The notes below the pieces were generated by a model that was not told the DNA's origin, ran no database searches, and was given only the letters and a program-made list of their open reading frames with translations. A DNA stretch of 61,790 nt, counting the filler, from Globobulimina sp. (Eukaryota): NCBI GenBank assembly GCA_003354225.1. It is 25 parts of 25 records of this genome, joined end to end, with 100 filler letters (N's around TTAATTAATTAA, not from the genome) between each part and the next. Parts side by side here need not be neighbours in the genome. Positions count along the whole stretch, not along the records: positions 34,669 to 37,044 come from PIVH01007060.1; positions 37,145 to 39,519 come from PIVH01007061.1; positions 39,620 to 41,994 come from PIVH01007062.1; positions 42,095 to 44,469 come from PIVH01007063.1; positions 44,570 to 46,944 come from PIVH01007064.1; 20 more parts are not named here. One strand, 5' to 3'. This document shows positions 35,264-45,162 of this stretch, in pieces. The stretch's first letter is position 1. Every line of letters begins with the position of its first letter. The translations under genes and the position numbers were made by a program.

Positions 35264-36724
35264 ATGGCAATGCTATTAAAACCAGAAAACGATGTTGTTA
35301 AACAAATATTTAATGTGCCAATCGAGCCAACGAAAGAATTTGCAGAGAAAATGGGTATATTAAATTAATTTGCTTGAAATGAAATGCAATGTGTTGTATA
35401 TATTTAACAAACAGACAAAGCAGATCCGTTAAAAAGGTTTCGCTCTGAATTTGAAATCCCGCCATCAATCCACGGCAATCGCTTGGAATCAATATATCTC
35501 TGCGGCAATTCATTGGGTTGTCTGCCAAAACGAGCCAAAATTTATTGCAATGAAGTATTTGAACAATGGAAAAAATATGGAGTCGAAGGCCACTTCCGAG
35601 GCAAAAGAGAGTGGGCAATAATCGATGAGGCATCGCTGACATTAATTAAACCTTTGATTGGTGCAAAAAACGAGGACGAAATAGCAATTATGAACTCATT
35701 GTCAGTCAATAATAATTTAATGTTTATCTCCTTTTATCGGCCAACCAAATCTCGCTACAAAATATTGATGGAAGGACAGGCATTTTGCAGTGATCATCAC
35801 ACAGTCCATTCCCATTTGGATTTGCATGGTTACCGCAACAAAGATGCATTGATCGAAATCAGTCCAAAAGCAAATCAACATTTAATCACAACTCAAGACA
35901 TTATCGCAAGCATTGACAAGCATAACAATTCCATCTCGTTGGTGTGGTTGGGGGCAATCCAATATTTTACGGGACAATGGTTTGACATCCAACGCATTAC
36001 AGACAAAGCGCACGAATATAATATTTACGTTGGCTTTGATTTAGATTTTGCATATATATGATGTCAACTTTGCATATAAATGAATGCCCACTGTTTAGCG
36101 CATGGAATTGGAAATATTCCGCTAAAACTACATGAATGGAACGTCGATTTTGCGACTTGGTGTTCTTACAAATATTTAAACAGTGGACCTGGCTCAATCT
36201 CCGGCATATTTGTTCACGAACGACATCATAGCAATGCATCGTTTAAGCGGCTGTGTGGATGGTGGGGACAGGAATTATTCGACAGATTCAAAATGGGACA
36301 CATTCAAGTTCCAAAAAAAGGAGCTCAAGCTTGGCAGATATCGAATCCTGCGGTGTTACCTACCGTCTGTTTACAAGCATCGCTGGAAATATTTAATGAA
36401 GCTGGAATTGACAATTTGCGATATAAATCCATTGCGTTGACTGCATATTTGGAGGAATTATTAAATAGACATTTGCATAAATATGTTTCTATCATTACAC
36501 CAAAGCAAAGGAATCAGAGAGGATGCCAGTTATCGTTGGTATTTAATAGGAATATCGAAAATATCCATAAACAAATCACTCAAAAAGGCGTTATTTGTGA
36601 CTTGCGCAAAGGCAGAGTTATGAGGGTTGCGCCAACGCCGTTGTATAACACATTTGACGATGTTTGGCAATTTGTTATGATATTAAAACACTGTTTTTAT
36701 CAACATTCAATCTCAAAACTATAA
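35264..36724 (+). CDS. KYNU: Kynureninase, complete, 3 exons (second intron non-canonical)
   Basis: Motifs YLCGNSLG, MNSLSVN, AFCSD, GFDL|AHGIGN, WCSYKYLNSGPG, GWWG and RGCQLS. Intron 1 is 35355-35414; intron 2 is 36045-36098 (AT..AG). Ends in SKL, a PTS1-type signal. Confidence 0.93.
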
Positions 36725-36835
36725 TTTAAACTTTAACATTTGCTAAATTTGAATTCGAACCTAAGTTTAGAAACGAAAAATGACCTGAAACCTCGAAACC
36801 TAAAAGTTGTTTCACTGATTCTAGCTTCAAGATCA

Positions 36836-37044
36836 ATGGATGGCTACCGAGAATCGTTGGTATTTGGGTTCATTCGGGAGTTTATAAAACAAAATAAATT
36901 CTCCATTGCCATTCCACAAGAAATTAAAAAAATAATTTGTGACTTTTTTACATCATTATGTGTCGTCATTAAAAATGGTTCAGGAACGATAAAAGCTGGA
37001 TTTTCAGGTCATAACAAGTTAAAACCAGATACTACATTCCCATC
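36836..37044 (+). CDS. Actin-related protein with an N-terminal LVFGFIRE module, 5' fragment
   Basis: CVVIKNGSGTIKAGFSG...PDTTFP matches the actin phosphate-1 loop (VIDNGSGxxKAGFAG...FP), with Lys in place of Asp. Confidence 0.8.
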
Positions 37045-37144
37045 NNNNNNNNNNNNNNNNNNNNNNNNNNNNNNNNNNNNNNNNNNNNTTAATTAATTAA
37101 NNNNNNNNNNNNNNNNNNNNNNNNNNNNNNNNNNNNNNNNNNNN

Positions 37145-37420
37145 GTGCCCCTCTTCTCTCAGCCTCTTGACTTCCTCAATGTCTAGACATGCCTTTGGCC
37201 TACCTATCGCCTTGCCCTTCGCCTTGGCACGCCTCATGCCAGCCTGAACACGCTCTCTGATCAAGTCACGTTCAAGCTCAGCCATTGAGCCTATAATGCC
37301 AAACAGCGCTCTGCCTAATGGGGTGCTGGTATCAAATCCCTCTGCGAGAGAAATAAAATCAATGTCCAGTGCCTGGAACTCATGAAGGCTGTTAACAAGA
37401 TGCTTAAGGCTCCGAGAAAA
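37145..37420 (-). CDS. Bacterial serine recombinase (resolvase/invertase) internal fragment, in a chimeric contig end
   Basis: FSRSLKHL...FISLAEGFDTSTPLGR...AELERDLIRERVQAGMRRAKAKGKAIGRP. Confidence 0.9.
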
Positions 37421-37427
37421 AACAGTT

Positions 37428-37601
37428 TCATCTCAAGCTGGCTTTTGGTTGAATTAAATTACATTCTATGCATTGCCACTCATCTTCGACGCTCATTGAT
37501 TCGTTATGTCCACATATTATGCAAATACAATTAACTGTGGATTGTGCAACTCTACAAATAGTACATTGCCATTCCCCATCGTTAATTAATTCACTTGCCA
37601 T
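37428..37601 (-). CDS. RanBP2-type zinc-finger protein, 5' fragment cut by the chimeric junction
   Basis: WQCTIC-x10-CIIC followed by a second, truncated finger WQCIEC-x10. Confidence 0.7.
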   Translation of the reverse strand: MASELINDGEWQCTICRVAQSTVNCICIICGHNESMSVEDEWQCIECNLIQPKASLR

Positions 37602-37649
37602 GTTCCATTTATGTAAAAGGGTTTTCAAAAAAGTGTATAAACAGTAAAA

Positions 37650-38693
37650 ATGCATGGCGTTCAAAAGAAGCATTTAACAGAGGAAAGAAAAAAATTGATT
37701 GCAAAGAATATCAAAATATACAAGGAACTAAATTCATTTGTGTTGCGCCAAAAACGCGCAAAGATTTACAATGAAGAAATGCTTGAGAAATGCAGTAAAG
37801 TGTTATCCATAAATTCAGAACATTACACCGTATGGAATTACAGACGTGAAATATTATTACATTTATTTGAACAGAAATACATTGACAATGCATCGGAACA
37901 ACAGAGATTACTATCAAATGAAAGTGTTGTCATAAATAAGACATTACAAAGAAATCCCAAATCATACTCGGGTTTCCATCATCGAGTTTGGTGCGTTAAT
38001 AATGACAAATTTGGTGCGATTGACTTGCACAAAGAGGTACAATTATGCTGCAACTTTTTATCATTAGATTCTCGCAACTTTCATTGTTGGGATTATCGAA
38101 GGTTTATTGTGTCGAAAGCAAATATTAAATTGAAAGATGAGCTGAAATATAGCGGCGAGTTAATTGCAAAGAATTTTAGTAATTACAGTGCGTGGCATTA
38201 TAGGTCGACATTGATACCGTTGATATGCGGGGATAATATGAAGAAATTGGCCAAGCGAATCAACAAAGAGTTGGAATTTGTGAAAAATGCATTTTATACC
38301 GAACCAAATGATCAATCTGCTTGGTTGTACCATCGGTGGTTATTAGGGAAAGACGGATATTCCATTATTTATAATGATGAGCAATCGCGGAGTAATGTGC
38401 ATAAATATGAGTTGAATTTGGATGAATTGATGCATGAATATCAAGCCATTGAGGAATTTTTAACGGTGGAACCCAAATCAAAATGGGGATTGTTGACGTA
38501 TTGTGTGTTAATTCAGGCGTTGAATCATCGCGGCAATGTAATAGATAATGCACAAGAAAAAGTTAATGATGCGTTTGGAATCTTAGTTCAAATTGATAAG
38601 ATCCGGAAAAATTATTATTTGGATGTGAAGGATGAGATAATTACACAATTAATGAATAAGAATAGTGAGGAAAAGGCGGTAAAGGATGAATGA
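37650..38693 (+). CDS. RABGGTA: Rab geranylgeranyltransferase (GGTase-II) alpha subunit, complete
   Basis: MHG start and PPTA repeats YTVWNYRR, NPKSY..FHHR, DSRNFHCWDYRR, NFSNYSAWHYRS and EPNDQSAWLYHRWL. Confidence 0.95.
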   Translation: MHGVQKKHLTEERKKLIAKNIKIYKELNSFVLRQKRAKIYNEEMLEKCSKVLSINSEHYTVWNYRREILLHLFEQKYIDNASEQQRLLSNESVVINKTLQRNPKSYSGFHHRVWCVNNDKFGAIDLHKEVQLCCNFLSLDSRNFHCWDYRRFIVSKANIKLKDELKYSGELIAKNFSNYSAWHYRSTLIPLICGDNMKKLAKRINKELEFVKNAFYTEPNDQSAWLYHRWLLGKDGYSIIYNDEQSRSNVHKYELNLDELMHEYQAIEEFLTVEPKSKWGLLTYCVLIQALNHRGNVIDNAQEKVNDAFGILVQIDKIRKNYYLDVKDEIITQLMNKNSEEKAVKDE

Positions 38694-39029
38694 TCAATAA
38701 AAATTGTAATAAAAATGCATTGAATTTTTTTTTGATGGCTCGTGTTATTTCTCGGATCGTGTACTGTGATTAAAATAAATTAATATATAAACATTTGTTT
38801 CAAAAAAATTTCAGATAGCTGTTTACAAAACTTTAAACCGTAATAATGGGCGGTTGTTGCACAGATATAGCGATCACATCGTTTTGACTTGGAAGAAAGC
38901 ATTAAAATAATTTAAATAGTTAAACCAAACCACAAACAACAAACCAAATTTAAATAGATAAACCAGGTCAAAAAAAAATGACAGACAAACAACAAACCAA
39001 AAGCAATTGGTAATATCTATCAATAAAAC

Positions 39030-39519
39030 TCATAAATTATCGGTCCATGGATGAAACACTTTAATACATGCATTTAAATATAGATCAAACTCTTCAAAAA
39101 GTTTCCATGATTCGTGATTTAATGTTATTTGATCAGAACTATCAAACTCTGTCAATCTGTTTGAAACATCACTGAAACTGTCCTCACGCCCAATTATTGC
39201 CATTGTACACCAAAAATTAAACGGTTCCGTCTTATATTCTATCAAATCATTTTTGACATTTTGTAGTTTCTCAATCTCTAAATATTTCCATTTAAATGGA
39301 TTTAAAAGAAATATATTTTCTTTCAGAAAGTGTTCTTCTTCATAAATGTGTGTATATTGCCCATAAAATGCTGTCACTTCAAATCCATCTCCATCTCCAT
39401 CTAAATTCATTTGTTTTTGAATAAAATCTTCAAAATCATACCCTTCAGAGTTATGTACAAATTGTATAATACATTTTGCTATCTCCGACTCAAAATACTC
39501 AAATTTAGATTTTTGTCCA
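39030..39519 (-). CDS. C-terminal part of an uncharacterised protein
   Basis: Open frame from near the contig edge to a stop at 39030. No motif recognised. Confidence 0.5.
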
Positions 39520-39734
39520 NNNNNNNNNNNNNNNNNNNNNNNNNNNNNNNNNNNNNNNNNNNNTTAATTAATTAANNNNNNNNNNNNNNNNNNNNNNNNN
39601 NNNNNNNNNNNNNNNNNNNATATATTATATATTAGTAAAAAAATGCGTGACATGTGCTCCATTCTATAAATATATTAGTACAACTAATATATATATTAGC
39701 ACTAATATGCGTACCTCTTATCGGGAACACTACT

Positions 39735-39950
39735 GTATCGGTCAGTGTACTACTAGTACAATACTAGTGCTGTACTAGTACTGTGCTGACATAAATGAAA
39801 TAGCAATGGAATTTGCAAGGGAATTGTGAATCAAATTTTGCATCAATAAATTTTGAAAAAGTTTGGTTCAAAATTCCCTTGCTATTTCCTTTGTGTTAGC
39901 GTAGTACTAGTGCAGCACTAGTATTGTGCTAGTAGTACACTGACCGATAC
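39735..39950 (+). repeat. Long imperfect inverted repeat (stem of about 93 bp)
   Basis: 39735-39806 pairs with 39879-39950, and 39819-39839 pairs with about 39858-39878. The arms are rich in ACTAGT. Confidence 0.9.
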
Positions 39951-40897
39951 TAGTACTGAAAACTTAAATGCAAATAGTTTAATAAGTGCTGCAATTGAAT
40001 GGTGCTCACATTCGCTTTGAGAGACAAAAATTCATTTCAAAATACTGTAAAAATATACACCAACTCAATGCGATTTTGTATTGATCGTTTCCTATTTCTT
40101 ATTTAAATAATAGTAATGTGTCTGTTTTGTGCAATGAAAAATGATCAATGATGCATGAAACAGAGGATCGACACACTAAATACCATACTTATTCGCAGTA
40201 ATCCCCACAAAGAGTTGGATTTCTTCCATACTTGAATGACATTGAATGAATTCCTTTGTTGACATTTGTTTCATCTCAGAGTTTCTGTGTGACGGATGTC
40301 AGACGTTTTTGTTGCCATTTTGTAGGGATACACCTGATTCAAGTTTTCAAACAGTTTGAAGTAACAATTTTTAAGTTAGCCATAAGTCAAAAATCATGCC
40401 AATCGATTCGCTGTGTAAAAGATACAAAAATAATTAATAAATAAATAAATAAAGGCTGTCCGTTTCTGACACACAAGGCCAGAGAGAGAGGTAAACCTCA
40501 ATTCCAAAAATGTAAACCCTAAAATAGGGGACCGTGTTACCGGTAAAGTGCAAACAACACAAAAATAAGCAAACAACATAAAAATAAGCAGAAAAAAAAT
40601 ACATATACTCATCAAAGCGGAAAATAGTGTGGCCCTCGGGTCTTATACCACTCCTTTGGAGGTTGGATGCTATTATGTACGTCTGAACTTGTACACTTTA
40701 ATCTCATACCCCAATATAGAAACAAAAACTAAAATCTCAAATCTTACTAATTATCTCATTTATTTTGTTGATTTCAACATTTATTTTGCTGTTTGCTTGT
40801 ATTTATACTTTAATTTGCATGTTTGTATACATTGTTTTCAGAAACAGTTTTTTGTTATTTATTTTGTGTTTAATATTTATTTAAACGAGTGTTTGTT

Positions 40898-41074
40898 ATT
40901 GTGAGTTTGGTGATTGAGGTCATGGTATTCGACTCGGCCTCAAACCAACTCACAATTTTTGTTACACATAATATTTATTTTAATTATGTTTGTTATATTT
41001 ATTATTTGTACTTAATATATTGTGAGTTGATAGAGGTAAAGTCATTTGACTCTGCCTGAAACTAACTCACAATA
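40898..41074. repeat. Two homologous ~57-nt stem-loops
   Basis: 40898-40956 and 41018-41074 both read ATTGTGAGTT...GAGGT...GACTC.GCCT...AACTCACAAT. Confidence 0.85.
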
Positions 41075-41120
41075 ATTATGAATAATATGAATGGCGTGTG
41101 TATTGTTTTGTGTTTATTTA

Positions 41121-41223
41121 GGGTTTTCACATATTTGTCACATATTTTACATATTTGACACGTATTTCACCATGGGAAATACGGGTCAAATACGTGAAAT
41201 ACGGGTCAAATCTGTGAAATCCC
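41121..41223. repeat. Foldback element built from ~20-nt internal repeats
   Basis: GGGTTTTCAC...CCATGG...GTGAAATCCC. The unit GAAATACGGGTCAAAT and its decayed reverse complement each occur twice. Confidence 0.8.
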
Positions 41224-41591
41224 AGATTTAATATGCTTATTGTGTGTTTGATATTTAATTTAATGTGTATTTATTAAAGTTTTAAAAGTGGAAAAGATGG
41301 ATGGAAAGTGTGGGAAAAATAGAAAATGATAATTGTGGTGTTTGGAATGAAATTTGATAGGTTTTAAAGATTTGTAATGATTGATAGATTTGGAAGAGGA
41401 AAGAGTGAGAAATATGTGAATAAATATAGGAGATGTTGAGAGTTTGAGAGAAGATATGATAGAATAAATGATGGGGAAAATGTGTGATAAGTGTTGGCTG
41501 TTTGTTTATTATTTTAATTTATTGTTTTTGTGCTCAATATAATCGCAAATAATAGATTGCTAGTTTGGTGCTATATAATAAAATAATTGTA

Positions 41592-41686
41592 ACTAGATTA
41601 GCGGTGAATTCAACTGAATTAAACAGCTGATGTGCATATCAGCTGCTTAATTCACTTGAATTCACCGAAAACATCAGCTGTCTAGT
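41592..41686. repeat. 66-nt near-perfect palindrome flanked by ACTAG...CTAGT, resembling a Helitron end
   Basis: 41602-41667 is self-complementary except at 3 positions. CTAG followed by T lies 14 nt downstream on + and 5 nt downstream on -. Confidence 0.7.
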
Positions 41687-42308
41687 GACCTAAATTATAT
41701 AGAATGCGGACAAAAACACATTCATAACTCCCATGAATATTCAATATCCAAATTATGTGCCTTTAAATATTCTTTTGAACCTACAAACTGAAACATAACA
41801 ACTGAGTCGAGGTTGTATTGAGTTCTGTGGCGGTAACTCTTGCAATTTGGTCCCGGGTGGTCCCCTCGTCTCTCTCTCATCTACACACACACTATGCAAT
41901 CAAGTATGTACACACTCTCTCTCTATTTCTATACACTCTGCACACACTAACTCTGACTTTATACACAGGACTGATCTCAGGATCAGACACTCGTNNNNNN
42001 NNNNNNNNNNNNNNNNNNNNNNNNNNNNNNNNNNNNNNTTAATTAATTAANNNNNNNNNNNNNNNNNNNNNNNNNNNNNNNNNNNNNNNNNNNNTTAAAG
42101 GAGCGGAGTGGTCGCATGTCTAGGCGTCCTTTATTGCAATATCATTGTACCAAGGTACTAGGTCTCAATTTATATTGCGCAATATAAGAACCCCCAACGT
42201 TTGCAACGTCCAAAGTACAAAGTAATTGGCCTAGCTATATAGCGTTTAAACGAACAAATTAAACTTTTTTAAATTGGTAAGACATTTATTTCAATTTATG
42301 TTATCCAG

Positions 42309-43085
42309 TTACCATGGTTTTGGATATAATCCGTCTTCATCGTGAATGCCATTCATTGCAAACAGTACAATGTCAGTAATCCACCAAACAAACATAGCAA
42401 ATCTCAGTATATAATAAATATATTCTCCACAAAGAGCTGAAGCCATAATTCCCGTGTTTTCTTCGGGCGTAACAACTCCGTCCGATGCTGCACTCGCTGC
42501 GGTTGTGCATGGTATCAATATTGGTAAACAACACGCCATTAACAACAATACCAATTTTAATGAGCCTCCAATATATTCGCCAACATAAAATCTAAATATA
42601 TATATTATGACAACACAACGCTGTATACGTATATATCACGTATGTGCATATATATACCTTCCGAACCCCAATGGCCCCAAAAACAATGATAATAAAAACG
42701 CAGTAAGTTGTCTCCTATCCGAATATTTCTCTTCCTCATCAGAGTCAGTATCTGTGTCTGTATCCATATCCTCACCATCCATCCTATTATCATAGCCAAA
42801 TAGTGCAGGAAATACATGTTTGCTCCAATAATATGGTGGGTATTTATGAACACCATACCGATTTCCATTATTATCTTCGTTTATCATATCATATATATCA
42901 TAATGTTGCTGTCTTTTGGAGGCAAAATGTCCATTACCTTTGAATTTAAATGTTTTCGTTTGATTTACAAATAAATGTAAGTATTATGTACTTGGAGAGC
43001 GTCTATTTGACCGATGAATACTGTATCCGTTTACAACATGAATAATATATCCTACAATAAAAATCCAAAGGTACCAGTTTGACAT
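42309..43085 (-). CDS. TM2-domain protein, complete, 3 exons
   Basis: Signal peptide MSNWYLWIFIVGYIIHVVNG. Exons 43085-42992, 42937-42658 and 42591-42309. Reads RQLTAFLLSLFLGPLGFGR|FYVG...WWITDI...KPW. Confidence 0.88.
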
Positions 43086-43163
43086 GTTTCAAAGATGTAT
43101 TTTATACAAAAAACATTTCAGTTAAAAACCATGTATGCACATTCATTCTAATAACATACAATC

Positions 43164-44447
43164 ATGTGTCTGTGCAGAAAGCGACCATGTTGTCGTTGCA
43201 TCTGGAAACGATGCACATTCTGCGCTTACAATATCTTCAGCATTCGTGTGTTATTACTCTTATTTTGCATGATTGACATAATTATTATGTTATGGTATTT
43301 ATACGCATTGGAAGAATCCCGAAATAGCATCACAAACTGTTGCAGCGTTTCCAACAATAATTATCCTTCACCAACAATAAATAATACAGCCCTAATATCC
43401 AATTATTCGACATGTTCCAATCTAGATTACTCAAACACGATAATCTCCTCTTATCTCGACATTGTAGCTCCATTTAACCACAAACCAAACTTGATAACAA
43501 ATCTCCGACATTATAAATGGGACAAATTCAAATCTATATTCACGTATTACTCCATAAACATCACAATACATCGCAACGGAGGCTGTGTATACAATGATTT
43601 TGATGCTTACCATGACATAAATTGCTTATCCAACACAGCAATGCCTTGCATACAATATGTACGTCTCTACAATCCATGTAATTGAGAGAGAATACCTACG
43701 CCGACCTATATATATATACACAGATAAACCACAGCATAGCAAATGCTACAAACACTGCGTTGAGTGCACTCTGTCAGGATAACATAAGTGAGGACGAGAT
43801 CGCATACATACAATTCGGAATATTAATGATAATCATATCTAAAATATTATTAATATTCATAAGTATTTGTTGCAAGGTCTGTCGTCAAGAGATCCGTCCC
43901 GAAGATGAATACATTCGTAACCTATTACGTCCAGCCTATATACCTTCGTTTATGCAGCAACGCATTGAGCATAAACGGAGGCAGACACAGGCATTGTTGC
44001 ACCGATTGAAGCGTATCGACAGCACACCAAATACGGACAGACGTAGCGAGAAATCAGAGACCATTGACATGGGCGCCAAATCGTATTATGTATACTACCG
44101 AATGGAGGACAGAAGAAAGAACAGAAACATTTGCTGCAAGTTAATGTATGCGGTTTGCCATTTGTTGGAACTTATTGTCTTGTTTGTGATTTATTTGTAT
44201 AAATTGATCAAATGGTTGATTAAAACCTCATTTTGGATCATTTTATTGATTATAAACTGTATCTGTTCCATGCGTTTGTTTTTCATTTATCACTCTCCAG
44301 TTTTTGGTGTGGATGATGTCGATTTTTGTACGCAGCAAAGTCAGACATGTGATATTGCGCAGAATCAGTGCGGTGTGGTGAATTGGATCATTTTGCCACA
44401 TATTTCAAAGTATTTATTGCCGCGATATATTACAATTATTTTCTCGC
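43164..44447 (+). CDS. Uncharacterised multi-pass membrane protein with a Cys-rich, N-glycosylatable loop; 3' partial
   Basis: Intron 43659-43723 joins the two ORFs in frame. There are at least 3 hydrophobic helices and a probable donor GTTAAG at 44448. Confidence 0.7.
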
Positions 44448-45162
44448 GTTAAGTATATACAAAATAAATNNNNNNNNNNNNNNNNNNNNNNNNNNNNNNN
44501 NNNNNNNNNNNNNTTAATTAATTAANNNNNNNNNNNNNNNNNNNNNNNNNNNNNNNNNNNNNNNNNNNNTTGGTTTATTTTTTATTCGTGTATTTGCTTT
44601 TTGTATGTTTATAGGCTAAAGAGATATTATATAAATAAGATGATATCTGTACGTCCTATATTTAATGTGTTTTCTTTGAATTAATTATTTTCTTCAGAAA
44701 AAGTTTTAACAATTGAACAGTAATCAAAACTTTCAAAACAGTAATCCAAAAAGTGGGTAGTACACACGCTTGGCATACGTTTGAACACTCTCCTACATAA
44801 GCATGAGGGCCCACAGGTACGCTACTCTACGCCCAAATTGAACCCTTCCATAAATAATCGTGCTATGATTAACACCTCTCTATCTCTCTAGTACAGTAAT
44901 CCATATTTTGCATGATATCTTTGTATGTTATTTGAAATTATGGTATACACAAAAGGCCACGAAACGACGGATTATTTATGGAAACATACAAATTATAGAT
45001 TGTCTATAATCTGAATTATCTAAACCCGTGTATCAAATTGGAAACCAATCACTCCAAACCAATCTACAGGGGAAAGTATACGGTTATAAAGAACATACAA
45101 TTAAATATAATATAATTTAAATGTAAACAAAATCAATGATCGTCAAACGAATCAAATATTAA

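Noticed and set aside
37145-37420. Horizontal transfer or an integrated transposon carrying a resolvase (likewise the M16 pair at 14861-15350)
   Set aside because: The fragments are truncated, sit at contig ends and lack introns or terminal repeats, and the resolvase cuts a host gene mid-domain. A chimera is more parsimonious.
37428-37430. TGA at exactly the third Cys position of the second RanBP2 finger, suggesting Sec or Cys recoding
   Set aside because: It coincides with the junction to the bacterial resolvase fragment and C-x2-C spacing is not restored. TG is most simply a truncated Cys codon.
40633-40650. LTR retrotransposon primer-binding site (minus strand TGGTATAAGACC resembles TGGTATCAGAGC)
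   Set aside because: There is no adjacent LTR ending in CA and no gag/pol ORF, and the related copy at 27030 lacks the TGG.
44750-44895. GC-richer non-coding island as an ncRNA or SINE
   Set aside because: I could not find a convincing fold, an A/B-box pair or a second copy.
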